The notes below the pieces were generated by a model. It was given only the letters and a program-made list of their open reading frames with translations, did no database searches and had not been told where the DNA came from. Positions 41,101 to 53,722 of a DNA stretch of 64,000 nt are shown here, one piece after another (the first letter of the stretch is position 1; every line of letters starts with the position of its first letter). Made by a program: the position numbers and the translations under genes. The DNA is from Octopus sinensis (taxonomy: Eukaryota). Where the stretch lies: assembly GCF_006345805.1 (NCBI RefSeq), contig NC_042999.1, forward strand, positions 135,842,001-135,906,000, written 5' to 3'.

Positions 41101-41865
41101 CCTTAGGAACTTTCTAGGTATAATCCCATGGTCGTTCATGAAGAAAGGGAGTCTTTACCCTTTTCTTATTGGTCAGACTATTGGATGTTGTTATACCCCA
41201 CTGGTCACAATGTGTTTCCTTGCATTGCAATCGCTTTGAAATGATGTTACCACACCAGCTAGGTGGGCAGGCCAACATTCTCCATGAATGGAAAACTAGA
41301 CTGTCATAGGGCGACCCATTTACAGCTGAATGGACTGCTGCGATGGGAAATAAATTGTTTTGCTCAAAAACACAGTGCATCGCTGGTCTGGGAATCAAAA
41401 TCATAGTCTTGTGATTGTGAGTGCAACACTCTAACCACAAAGCCTTGTACCCTTACACACACACACACACCATCTCCCTCTATCCATTTGCCACTCACCT
41501 CTCACACTCCCATGAACTTAGCCACCCATACAACTTCTCTATTCACCTTCCAGCAACCTGAGGGTTCACACAGATACATTTTCATCACCATCTTCTTTCT
41601 CTTCCTGCAGGGGTAACCATCTATCTCCCCTACAGCAAAACACCTATTCCTGTCCTAAACCATACATACACTACTAGTATATTAAAGTTTATTAGTAAGT
41701 ACTGTGTCATACTTTTGTGTTAGCAGTGTGATACAATCACTTTAAAGTTATCTTTACATATTTTCTATAGAATTTAGAGCCAGAACTGAAAGTTATAATG
41801 TTTCATAATTGATTAAGTCTATGTAAACAATGTGATTGAAGTTAGAAAAATGGTATATAATAATA

Positions 41866-41927
<62 letters not shown>
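41866..41927. repeat. (AAT)n microsatellite
   Basis: Direct inspection. Confidence 0.95.
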
Positions 41928-41930
<3 letters not shown>

Positions 41931-42869
41931 CATTGTGTACAGTGTTCAGGTGCACTACAACTCATCTAAAGTCTATGTATAATCAGGTGTAGTTTCGGCG
42001 GATTTCGGAAAGCATATTATGGTTTCAAAATGAAATATGGTGTCCCTACTAGCATTTAATATGTACATAGCAGTTGTCAGGAATGTATTTAATATGTAAA
42101 TTAGTCTATCCAATAGTGTTACACCTCTGAACTTAGTGGATGTTTAAGCAATGTATTCATGGCTGGCTAATGGTTTGCTTGTGGTGCTGAAGGAGGAGCA
42201 GCAAGAACTGAAATATGCATATATGCTCGTTATCTATTTTTCTATCTTTGATTGCATTGTTTAATAGACACATTCATTTACGTGGCATTGTAACTTTCAG
42301 TGCTGGGTCTAAATTCTATAGAAAATCTGCAGAGATAACTTAAAAGTGATATAAATATGTATGTACATACGTACATACATATGTGTACACATATAAAAAA
42401 GTGATATTTCAATATGTACATACGTACATACATACTGATATCACTTTTTTATGTGTACACACACACACACACACACATGCATATATATACATATGTATAT
42501 ATGTGTGTGTATATACACATGTAGATGTATATGTATATACATGTGTATAAATATTCGTATATACATGTGTATAAATATTTGTATATACATGTGTATACAT
42601 ATGTATAGGCATGTGTATGTGTATATACATGTGTGTACACATATGTATACATATATGTATGTACATATGTATATGTATATGTACATTTATATGTATATGA
42701 TGAGTTCTAGTGCACTACTATTAACACACACAGCTCATAATCAAAAGTAGAGAGTGGGTCCAATGACAAGGCAAAGGAACACAACTGGTGGACTGTAGTC
42801 TGAGAGGGAAGTATATTGATCTGCTTCCAATTACTGACATGACAAGTGTCTGAGACTGAACCAATTTCA

Positions 42870-42940
42870 CTAGTGAAATGTGATCTGTGACTGAACTTCA
42901 TTGGTCTGGTAGCTTAATGGACTGATATTGGTATCTATTT
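42870..42940 (-). CDS. Candidate terminal exon: IDTNISPLSYQTNEVQSQITFH*
   Basis: Acceptor gcttttccttcaatccccccacctgttag; phase 1 is compatible with 43031-43079. Confidence 0.3.
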
Positions 42941-43030
42941 CTAACAGGTGGGGGGATTGAAGGAAAAGCATAGTACAGTGTTTTTCTGAGAAACACAAAA
43001 ATATTCTAACAGCAGTACTGAACTCATAAC

Positions 43031-43079
43031 CTATGCGCTGGAAGTTTAATACATTATTCGGTTCTATCATCGTTACAAA
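43031..43079 (-). CDS. Candidate exon (49 nt, phase 0-1): FVTMIEPNNVLNFQRI
   Basis: Acceptor gtattctatttgtttcag, donor TAG/gttatg, three CpGs in a CpG-poor background, only one frame open. Confidence 0.45.
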
Positions 43080-44347
43080 CTGAAACAAATAGAATACTTT
43101 TATATAAGAGTAAACTTTAATAGCAGCACTATGCTTTGAACTCATGCTCTTGTAATGTAACAGCTGAAGCTCACATTGTTTTAGAAAGAACTATGCTGCT
43201 ATAACACTGCATAAAGTCAATTCAAATAATATTTTCATGAAGGTGGCTGAAACAGTCTTCTCTTGTGTGTTTATCATCCACACATCCTGTCCTTTGGGTC
43301 TGTGATCATGTTACCACAACAGACCAAACTTGCAATCAATCTTAACTTGCATGGCTGATTTCTACAATAAATTCACTCATATTTCATTCCACTTTCTTTT
43401 GATCTATGTTTGTGTGAAATTTTATGTGGAATAATATTTAGAGAATTTCATTTGTTTTTAACGTAGACTAGCAATATTGTACTTTACAGCTAACAAAAGT
43501 TAAGTCTTCCTACCTCCTCATTTCTCATTCTCTCTCACACTATCTCCCCCAATATATATATGATAATGTACCATGATGTTTCAGGATTAATATTCTAATT
43601 GCCTTTCCTAAAATGTTCACCAGTGTGTAGATTGATGTGTCGCTGCATGAATGCAGAGCAATATACTTTATAGCCAATATTAGACTTACAAAAATAGAAC
43701 AGACTTTGTAATAAAGACACAAAGAGAAGCTATGACAGTAAAAAGAAAAATAATTAGTAGGTATTTTTTTGTTTTTGTTTTGTTATATCTAAAGTATCTA
43801 TGAGATAAATTACAATACAAGCTCCTGTTTCGATTAAAGGAATCAGTTGGGCTAACCTGGGTTTACTTGAGGAAACGGTAATTTCTATTTGATCAGACGC
43901 TGTAGATATATCATGTTTCATTCAAGAAAAGGTGTAATATTTCATTTTAAGCCAGATAGTTGTATTTATAGTTGTATTTTATAAGTCAGAAGAATCTTGC
44001 TCACTGATGCTAAAGAGAGATATACAGTCTTATACAACCCAAACCATTTAGAAGGAATACTGGTGGACAGTGGATAAACGATAATGATGATTATGTTGAT
44101 GATAAGTTGCTGATGATGTTGAAAGCAATAATAAAATGACTCACAAGTTACAGTTGGATCAGGAATGCAATGGAATCAGGAAATTGCCAAAATAGTTGAA
44201 AAGGAAACTGATTACTTTCAAGTGTTTAGTTAAGAGTTTCTGTTCAAAACCATGCTGATTTTGACTTACCGTTTTATTCTTGTAAGTTTGATAACATAAA
44301 AGAGTAAGATGCTGACTGGCATCAATTTAATTAAACTGAACCCTTAC

Positions 44348-44372
44348 CTACAAAATCGACCCAATGCCCGAT
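44348..44372 (-). CDS. Candidate 25-nt exon (phase 1-2): D-RALGRFC
   Basis: Acceptor atagatttctttag, donor TAG/gtaagg, CpG-containing. Confidence 0.45.
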
Positions 44373-44919
44373 CTAAAGAAATCTATATTTGGAAACCACC
44401 GTTGAATATTGAGAATATTAAAAATACACAACTGAATCGTTATAGCTGAAAGCAAAGAAATGGAAGATTTTATGATGGAAATGCCTAAAATATAGAAATA
44501 AATTACTTGAGAAACATGGTCAGAAGTGAAAGATATTAAGAGATTCCTTCAACAGAATGAATAAGTACTGCAAGTTTGAGAATAATGGCAGTTGGAATGA
44601 GCTAAAAAGAAGGTTAAAAGGTTCATCATAACCCAAGGCAAGTGAATTTAACAAATGAACAATTAGTGGACAGGAATAATTGGAGGAGAGTTACTGTGAT
44701 GACTTGATTAATCTATGCTATTAGCAAAAATAGACAAAAAAAAAAGGGGGTGGGAGAGACAGAGGAAAACAAACAAACAAACAAGCAAACCAATTTTGTA
44801 ATTTACTTCATATTCCATTTGACAATGTGTGAAGATTACAGCCAAATCTTTGGAGTTATGGAGGGTATTTTCTACAGATAACTAATTGTAATTCCTTACA
44901 CAACAGTACCTTTCCTCAC

Positions 44920-44956
44920 CTACTGGATCACATACATTCTTTTCCAGAGTTGTGTA
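44920..44956 (-). CDS. Candidate 37-nt exon (phase 0-1): YTTLEKNVCDPV
   Basis: Very strong acceptor ttctctttagattcctccttctcttcag, donor TAG/gtgagg, single open frame that joins 44348-44372 in frame. Confidence 0.45.
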
Positions 44957-45202
44957 CTGAAGAGAAGGAGGAATCTAAAGAGAATTACACAAACTAATAT
45001 ACAAACACACACACACATATATGCCTATTCATTTGAAGCTGATGATTCACCTGCATGTGTTCATAAACTAACACATATATTTGAGATACCCAGAATAATG
45101 ATTGATCGAATCATCAGCTTTGCATGAATAAATGAATTCTACTATATGTACTGAATTTTTTTCACTCTCATTTAGAGACCTAAAGGCAAAAATGCACACA
45201 TG

Positions 45203-45245
<43 letters not shown>

Positions 45246-45782
45246 GTATATATATATATATATATTATATATATATATATATATATATGCATAAATGTTT
45301 TTGTTTGTATTTGCATTCAAAAATACACACTGATGTCACAAGTGTGAAGAGTTTGTTATAATTGCATTTTAATAAACAAGGTTATATGTTGACAGCTAAA
45401 GGTTTTGTACAACTGATGTTACAATCAACAATATTCAACAATGAGTCTAAGTTCATTTTAGACCTACCAATGAATATAATTGATTGCGAAGTCAACCATA
45501 CAAAACATTTAAGTAAGTGAAGGCATATAATCATGTATATCAATACACAATATTATATAAGGAATAAATGTAGATAAAATGGGCAGTGGGCTTGCATGCA
45601 TTTTAGATTTCTACATAGGGAACACAAAACTGACCAACCTAGAAGGAGACAACAGGAAAGAAATTAACTACAAATGAAAATACATTAATATTATAGCAAG
45701 GCAGAAATAGAACTACTGATTTTCTAAGGGGTAGAGATGTAGCAAAATAGCCTCACAGTGAGGCAGAAGGAGGGGATCTTAC

Positions 45783-45900
45783 CGACGTAGTTGCAGTTCA
45801 GGAGGCCAAGGCACTAAAATGCCCGTTACAGGACTAATAGGCGAATTTCCTATAGAGGAAGAAGCAATTCTGGACAAACCACAGCTATCAGAGAGAGTGC
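45783..45900 (-). CDS. Candidate 118-nt exon (phase 1-2): TLSDSCGLSRIASSSIGNSPISPVTGILVPWPPELQLR
   Basis: Acceptor ttattatttcctttgccag, donor TCG/gtaaga, higher GC and CpG than flanks, only one frame open; best exon candidate in the window; protein family not recognised. Confidence 0.6.
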
Positions 45901-45959
45901 CTGGCAAAGGAAATAATAATGTAAGGAAATAATTAACAGTAGTATTACACTTGAAATCA

Positions 45960-46080
45960 AGCCCATGAACCATTCAGATATGACACTAAATGTTGTTAAT
46001 AGTTTCTGCTACCTAAATGGTCTAATTAGCAGTGGAGATGATTGTAGTAAAAGTATAGTTTCTAACATAAGAAAAGAAAG
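45960..46080 (+). mobile_element. RTE-like LINE fragment
   Basis: LNVVNSFCYLNGLISSGDDCSKSIVSNIRK resembles the RTE post-RT V..F.YLG..IS motif. Confidence 0.65.
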
Positions 46081-46129
46081 AGCAGGTTCAGTGATCTGTT
46101 TGCTTCTGTTAGCATCAGTCTCTGTCTAT

Positions 46130-46790
46130 ATGAAAATCAAATTGTATTAAGTATCTTATGTGTCATGTTAGATAAACATTTGTTGTGAATGACCTGTGGA
46201 GGTGGGAAAAACATCAAATGTTGTCTGTTGGATATTTAACATGAACTTGTAAGAAATGGGGAGCACAAATGAGCTAAGAGAATAATGTGGCATTAAAGAT
46301 ATCAATTCGTATATATTGCAGGAAAGATGACTGCATTGATATCAACATGTGATATGAACAGATGTGAATGATGGGTGGTCAGGCAGGATATTGCATACTG
46401 ATAGCCAAGCCTTATAGATAGGATGACATAGGATTTTGAAAAGGTGATATCCTGTATTATAGATCAATTCTACATTTGACAGCAAGGTAACAATAGACCT
46501 TAAAGTAATTATGCCATTGTCACAGCCATCACAATTGGCCGATGAGGAATATACTATCAATTAAACTGATGACATTTTTTTAGATGATATGAAATGACTG
46601 TAGATATAAAATAGCAAGTACACCTCAATAAATGACACAAAGTGTACAACAATAGATAAAACAGTTATATATAACAATGTCGTAGATAGAAATCTTTGTG
46701 TAAAGTATAATGATAAAATTATTAGTCACAAGAGAAATCCCATTTGTGCAAATGTAATTCCATTATGGTTTATGAAGGACATATTTGATC
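46130..46790 (+). mobile_element. Heavily decayed non-LTR RT fragment (copy 1; copy 2 at 49893-50580)
   Basis: Remnant IGF*KGDILY (QGD-type motif) and N*TDDI (YADD-type motif) in the expected order; colinear second copy. Confidence 0.5.
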
Positions 46791-48199
46791 AAAGTAAATG
46801 AAGCTACAAGAAAGTTTGTACATCATGGGAATTAAACAGGAATAAGGCACAAATCCATGAATACACATGAAAAAAAACAAGAAACAATGAAATACCTAGA
46901 AAATAAAATTTCAATATTAAATATAAAACAAACACAATTCTTAAATGTAAACAAATAAACTCGAAAGAACAACAAAAAGAATATGGTTAGCAAGCCTGAC
47001 TTTCAACAGTTTACATCAACAGTTAAAAAGATGCACAGTAAAGCAAAAGGAATAACAGGAAGGCTAGCAAAATGTATGAAAACTTCCTGAAATCCTCACT
47101 TATTATGTAAACTACCACATAAAAATCTAAATCTAATAAGAGTGAAAAAGAGTAAAAAATAAAAATAAAAATTAAAAAAAACCCCAAAAACAAAAATATA
47201 CTCTAAAAACACAAACCAAACTTGTTTGTTGTTGAAATCAAAATATATTAGAGAAAAAGTCAAGAAATTGTATTAGTTGCTGCGGGGTGAAGGAATTGGA
47301 AATGCAAGATTATTGCTGAAGGAATTGGAAATGATAGATTATTTAGTGTCTAAAGAAACATCTTGAATGTTTATGGGAAGGATGTCAAACAGTCAGATTA
47401 TAAGAGGAAAAAAAAAATTGTCAGCACAACATTCTTTTTGTTTGATTCAAAGAAAAATAAATATTTTTATAAAATATTTCTGAATACAATATCTGGTAGC
47501 ATATTCAAGTATATTATTTATATCTTGAACATAACATTCAGATCAAATATCATGGAATATGCAAGTTATGGAAGTAGTTCCATAACTTGAAAGTAGTTGA
47601 GATAGTCATGGGAAAGTTAGTGAAAGATAGGAATAATTTGAATAAGATGCAATTTGAATTTGTTGTCATTTCAACTTCAATAGGCCCAGTCATTCCAGCC
47701 ATGACCATCCCATTCTTTTAAGTATAGTGTACTGGGGACTACAATATTTGATGCTTTCTTCCCTTTTTTTAAAAAAGAGTTTAGATAAAATGTGATATGA
47801 TGATTATTTTTTTTTGACTGGTATTTCAAGCAGGATTTGTCAATCCAGGTAATATGGATTCATCTTAGGGGGTGAAAACAGTTATAGCTTATTTCTAATG
47901 CCACTCAGCTGGAAAAAATGAATAGTACCTGTATTTCAAAGGGCCAGCCTTGTCAAATTCTATGGCACTCTGAATCTCCCTCAGAACTACATTAAGGGTA
48001 CACATGTTTGTGGAGTGCTCAACATCTTGCATGTTAATTTCACAAGCAGATTGTCCCATTGGTCATATCTACTGAAACCTTTGTTGTCATAATCGATGGA
48101 GTGCCAGTCCAATGAAAAAAAACCCCAACAAAACAAAAGAAACAAAACGAAGACATTCATAGTAGGAGGGGAACAAATAACTTTGTTTGCATTTGTTGA

Positions 48200-48480
48200 A
48201 TTGGAGAAGTTTTTTGACCTCACATTTAGTAGTCTGATGGATTCTGAGTCATCTAAAGGTAAATAAACTGCTTTCATAAGCAGTTACATCATACAAGGCT
48301 GAAATAAGCATTGGAAATCAAGTCTATAAGGAATTTAATGTGTGAGTAGGCATTCAGCATGGCTATGTCCTCAAAGCTTTTGAAGCAATAATGTAGGAGT
48401 TCAAATCTAGGTGGCTTTGGGTTGTGCTCTGTACTGATGACTTGGCTCTCATTATGGAACCTGTTGAAGATGTCAGACAA
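48200..48480 (+). mobile_element. RTE-like RT fragment
   Basis: IGNQVYKEFNV*VGIQHGYVL...LCTDDLALIME, a decayed GV.QG.VLSP...LYADDL block. Confidence 0.7.
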
Positions 48481-48620
48481 TAATCTAAACTTGGCAGAGT
48501 TGTCTGGAGTTTAATCTTTTAACATTCAGATTACTTTCTCAAATGTAATGCTTATTTATTCACATTATTTTGAATTAATCATGCTTATCTAATAACTTAG
48601 AGATTTCACTGATGTGAGTA

Positions 48621-49004
48621 CTCTTTTACTTGTTTCAGTCATTTGACTGCGGCCATGCTGGAGCACTGCCTTTAATCGAGCAACTTGACCCCGGGACTTA
48701 TTCTTTGTAAGCCCAGTACTTATTCTATCGGTCTCTTTTGCCGAATCGCTAAGTGACGGGGACATAAACACACCAGCATCGGTTGTCAAGCAATGCTAGG
48801 GAGACAAACACAGACACACAAACATACACGCATATATATATATATATACGACGGGCTTCTTTCAGTTTCCGTCTACCAAATCCACTCACAAGGCTTGGGT
48901 TGGCCCGAGGCTATAGTAGAAGACACTTCTCCAAGGTGCCACACAGTAGGACTGAACCCGGAACCATGTGGTTGGTAAACAAGCTACCTACCACACAGCC
49001 ACTC
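48621..49004 (-). mobile_element. Young full-length SINE
   Basis: Near-identical reverse copy of 1672-2062. Confidence 0.92.
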
Positions 49005-49370
49005 TTATATTTCTAGAATGACATAAGGTGGGTGTAAGAAAAGGATCTAGCCAATTTGAACATAAAACAGGTAGAATATTTGGGCTGAATATGGCCAGTT
49101 TAAATGCTAAATGAAATTAGCAAGGACCAAAGTTCCAACTGAAACAGATCATAAATCCCAGTGTCACATGAAAAATGGTTGTGTTTAAAATATTGGAAGA
49201 TTATAAGTAGGAATCTGATACCGTGTAATAATGCAAGCAGTGGGTAGACAACAGATACTGCAGAATTTCAGGCTGGCTGAATAAGGATTTCAAATATGTC
49301 AAATGCAAGGAAACAGTTAACTAGCAAAACACTTAAAGTAAAGCCCTTGAACTATTCAGCTTTTACTCTC

Positions 49371-49775
49371 TCTCTTTTACTCTTTTACTTGTTTCAGTCA
49401 TTTGACTGTGGCCATGCTGGAGCAGCACCTTTAATCGAGCAACTCGACCCCAGGACTTATTCTTTTGTAAGCCCAGTACTTATTCTATCGGTCTCTTTTG
49501 CCGAACCGCTAAGTAACGGGGACATAAACACACCAGCATCGGCTGTCAAGCGATGTTGTGGGGGACAAACACAGACACGCATATATATATATATATACAT
49601 ATATACATATATACAACGGGCTTCTTTCAGTTTCTGTCTACCAAATCCACTCACAAGGCTTTGGTTGGCCCGAGGCTATAGTAGAAGACACTTGCCCAAG
49701 GTATCACGCAGTGGGACTGAACCCGGAACCATGTGGTTGGTAAACAAGCTACTTACCACACAGCCACTCCTGCGC
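49371..49775 (-). mobile_element. Young full-length SINE
   Basis: Near-identical reverse copy of 1672-2062 ending cagccactcctgcgc. Confidence 0.92.
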
Positions 49776-49795
49776 TGTAATTAATAGTTTGTTAC

Positions 49796-49820
49796 CTAGA
49801 TAATAGTAAAAGCATAGTTT
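49796..49820 (-). CDS. Candidate 25-nt exon (phase 0-1): KLCFYYYL
   Basis: Acceptor tttttttcctag, donor TAG/gtaaca; phase matches 45783-45900. Confidence 0.3.
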
Positions 49821-52109
49821 CTAGGAAAAAAATATAGCACAAGAATTTCAGTAATTCGTTTGCCTCTTTTGGCAACAATTTCTCTATCTCTGTGAAAAGC
49901 AGATTGTATTAAGTGTGTATAAGATGTGTCATGTTAGATGAGCGTTAATTGTGGAGGACCTGTAGAGGTAGAGAAAAACATCAAGTACTGTCTGTTGGAT
50001 GTTTAACAAACTTGTAAGAAAGAGGGAGCACAAGGGAGCTTAGAGAATAGCACAACATTAAAAATATCAACTCATTATACAGGAGAGATGACAGTATTGA
50101 TATCATTACATGATGTCAATAATGGAAGTTGGGTAGGGGTACTGCATACTGGAAGCAGAATATACCTAAGGAAGAATATTAGGTACCTGGAACTTATGCT
50201 GACAGGCCTTACAGATGAGATGACATAGGATCTTGATGAAAGATTACATCCTGTATCATTGAGCCACTCTACATTCCACAGTAAGGTAACAATAGACCTT
50301 AAAACAATGATACTGCTGTCACAGCCATCACAACTGGCCAATGTTAAAGGTGGTGGATATACTACTATCAATTAAACTGATGATATTTTTAGATGATATG
50401 AAATAACTGTAGACATAAAATAGAAGTATGTCTGAATAAAAGACATAAACTGTATACAACAATATTTATAGCAGACAATGTTGTAGATAGAAATCTGTGA
50501 GTAAAGTGTAATGATAAAATGATTAGTTATAGGAGAAATCCCATTGGTTGAAACAATTCCATTATGGTGTATAGGATGTGAAAATATCATTACTTAAAGG
50601 TTTTTACCTCAATATAAATGCAAAAATACAAATGCTGCAATGATGTTGATCATGATGAAAAACAAAAGGGGGTTCTCACTACTACCATAAAATATTCACA
50701 TGCAGAGTGAACAAGCAGTAATGGTAGCAACGCTTCTCTGCTTCTTCCTTGGAACCGACAATTGCCAGTAGATGGGAATTGTATAGTTATGAGCATTTGA
50801 TATTAACAAAAATACTGCAGCTACCACATACAGCTGTAGCATTTACAAGACAAACACAGACATTAACCAATGACTAATAAAAACTTAGATATTTACACAT
50901 ATGCACCACACATAAACACACACACACGTGCATGCACACACACACACACATTCATATATATACACATGCATGAACCAGAAACTCTCTGGCTACCAGGAAT
51001 ATCAGCAGTAAAAGAGGCTATGGAAATGAGATAGATTATGAATACAGTTAAAGAGGAATCACAAATCAAATATACAAATACTAATAAAGAAAAAAATCTA
51101 CTCAACTTCTCATATGCTTAGTAAGAAGGAATGACAAGAAAATATTCCTTGAACTTGAATTTAAAGAAATACACTTGGTTCCTCTTAATAATAAAGCAGC
51201 CAATAGTTGGAAGGTCACCAAAATATAAAACATATTTTAATCCCATGTTTTAGTGTCATATGCCAACATAGACAATAAAGATAGAAAAATCTGTAAAGGT
51301 TAGTCAGGAATGGGACAATTCCATTGGATAATAAAATGTGAACTGAGATACTAGAAAAGAAGATTTAACTAAGAATACAACAAGGAATTAAAAGCATCAT
51401 GTGTCATATACTTAAGAGAAAATTCACCTTTTATGGGTATATTATGAGGGAGAGTAAGAGGAAGTATGCGAAAAAGTATTGGAAAATTGTAGTAAATTTT
51501 AACCATACTTAAGATGGATTAAGAATGATTTGAAATAAGACAGTTAGGATTAAGAAAAGTATACAGAAGAACAGTACATTTGAGAAGCCACATTTAATAC
51601 AGCCACATAGGTCACAACCTTATAGAGGAAATTAAGAGAAAATTAATGATAAAAGTTTTGCATAAACATACTTATATATGTGAAACATGTTTCTCTCTGT
51701 ATATCTCTCTCTACACACATACATACAGGAGGGCAGGCAGATAAAAATTAATTACATTTAGTTTGAGAAACTTTCCGAGCTGCATACATGTATACATGAG
51801 TGAGTGTATCACACACACACATTTATATAAGTGTGCATATTACATACATAAACATATATGTCAGTGTGTATGTATATAAGGGGGTTCTCACTACTACCAT
51901 AAAATATTCACATGCAGAGTGAACGAGCAGTAATGGAGGCAACTCTTCTCTGCTTCTTCCTTGAAACTGACAATTACCAGTACATGGGAATTGTATAGTT
52001 AAGAGCATCTGATATTAACAGATTGATGTAATGATTGCATTGTTCAATTAAATGGAGTTGCATGAAACGATCGTACTGCATTACTTCTGGATATCCTTGT
52101 TGCTTATTT

Positions 52110-52149
<40 letters not shown>

Positions 52150-52539
52150 CTCTATATATATGTGTGTGTATATATATATATGTGTGTGTGTGTGTGTGCG
52201 CATATACATGTGTGTATATATACATATATATGTGCATTGTATCTTTCTCTCTTACTTGCTCACTCCCACCGTCTCTCTCTCTATATATATATATATATTC
52301 TGTTCTCAGTTGAGGTAAAGATAGTGTCATTTCTCAACATTTTCTGGTCAACAAATCACCTGGTAGCTTTGTGCTTTTGAGGACCAGTGGAATGAAAACT
52401 TCCTTACTTGAAAAATAAGTAGAGGTTAGCAAAAAAAAAAAAAAAAAACAGGAAAAAAGGCAATCGGCTGTGAAACAATGCCTCAGTAATACATATTGAT
52501 CTCACCCATGTTGGCATGGAAAAAAAGATGTAAAATGGT

Positions 52540-53030
52540 TTTGTCTTGGTATAAAAGATAGGCTACAGCAAATATTCTGTTCAGTACCATAGATTTGCTT
52601 GTCAGTTGTTTGAAATTAACCGGTTGAGCACCTTTGGTGGCTGGTGATATGTGCATCTCTGATCATGAGCAGAAGTAGTGGGGGAGATCATAGCCAGGTA
52701 TTGAGAGGAATTTGGAGTTTGAATAATTCACCTCTGGAAACATAGGTGTTTCGTTCAACATCCTTGAACAACCTTTATTCAAGGACCATTTGAGCAGGAT
52801 GGACTACTCGACCTGAAGAAAATTCTAACTGGTCCCCACCTGCAAGATTATGCACTGTTTATCTTGATATGAGATCACCATGTCACGCACATATGGTTGT
52901 GATGCATGTGACTGGTGTACCCTTATCAGATGGGTAGTCATGTTGGGTGTACTGGGCTTTGTATATTTTACCTCAGTGTCACTTTGATGGCATGCATTGT
53001 TCTCTCATTCAATAGTATTAATAATGATAA
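52540..53030. mobile_element. Interspersed repeat ending in a (TAA)n-like tail
   Basis: Homologous to 25530-25705 in reverse; no ORF. Confidence 0.7.
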
Positions 53031-53257
53031 TCCTTTCTACTAAAGGCTTAAGACCTGAAATTTTGGGGGAGGGGACTAGTTGATTACATTGACCCCAGTG
53101 TTTCACTGGCGCTTAATTTATTGACTCTGAAAGGATGAAAGGCAAAATCAACCTTAGTGGAATTTGAACTCAGAATGTAAAGACAGATGAAACACTGCTA
53201 AACATTTTCTCTGCCATGCTAATGATTCTGCCAGCTCACTGCCACCACAATAATAAT

Positions 53258-53722
53258 AATGAGAGTGGTGGAGTTGGAGACTAGCAAGATCCTTTGGGAT
53301 TTCCCAATCCAAACAGATCAGGTGCTAGAGCATAACAGACTGGACCTAGCAGTAGTGGACAAGATGCTATATAGTTGATGTTGTATGCCCCATTGACTCA
53401 CGAATAGTCAAGAAGGAAGGTGAAAAGATAGATGAATACAACCTTTTTAAGTACGAAATGGCCTGGTTATGGAAAATGAAGAAGGTGAAGATAGTGCCAA
53501 TTATTGTTGGGTTCTTGGGAAGAGTATCAGAAGACATCAAGGGGAATATTAAGGAAACTGGAGTAGAGTGCCCAGTAGAACTGTTACAAAATAATCAGGA
53601 AAGTATTAGATAGTTGAAAACGGATAGAATAGTACCGTAGGCTGCAGGTAGCAAGCCCACTATGCATGTAAGACTTCAGAAGTTCCAATAAAAACTGTGA
53701 TAAATAGACATAATAATAATAA
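53258..53722 (+). mobile_element. 5'-truncated R4/Dong LINE 3' end (REL endonuclease and 3' UTR)
   Basis: KILWDFPIQTDQVLEHNRLDLAVVDK / IVDVVCPIDSRIVKKEGEKIDEY...KVKIVPIIVGFLG...IIRKVLDS*; flanked by taataataat on both sides. Confidence 0.9.

Noticed and set aside
47562-47589. Perfect 12-bp AT-rich hairpin with a 4-nt loop
   Set aside because: Isolated and short, with no context; recorded only.
52030-52090. GAAACGATCGTA resembling a hammerhead helix III
   Set aside because: No CTGANGA box upstream; too degenerate.
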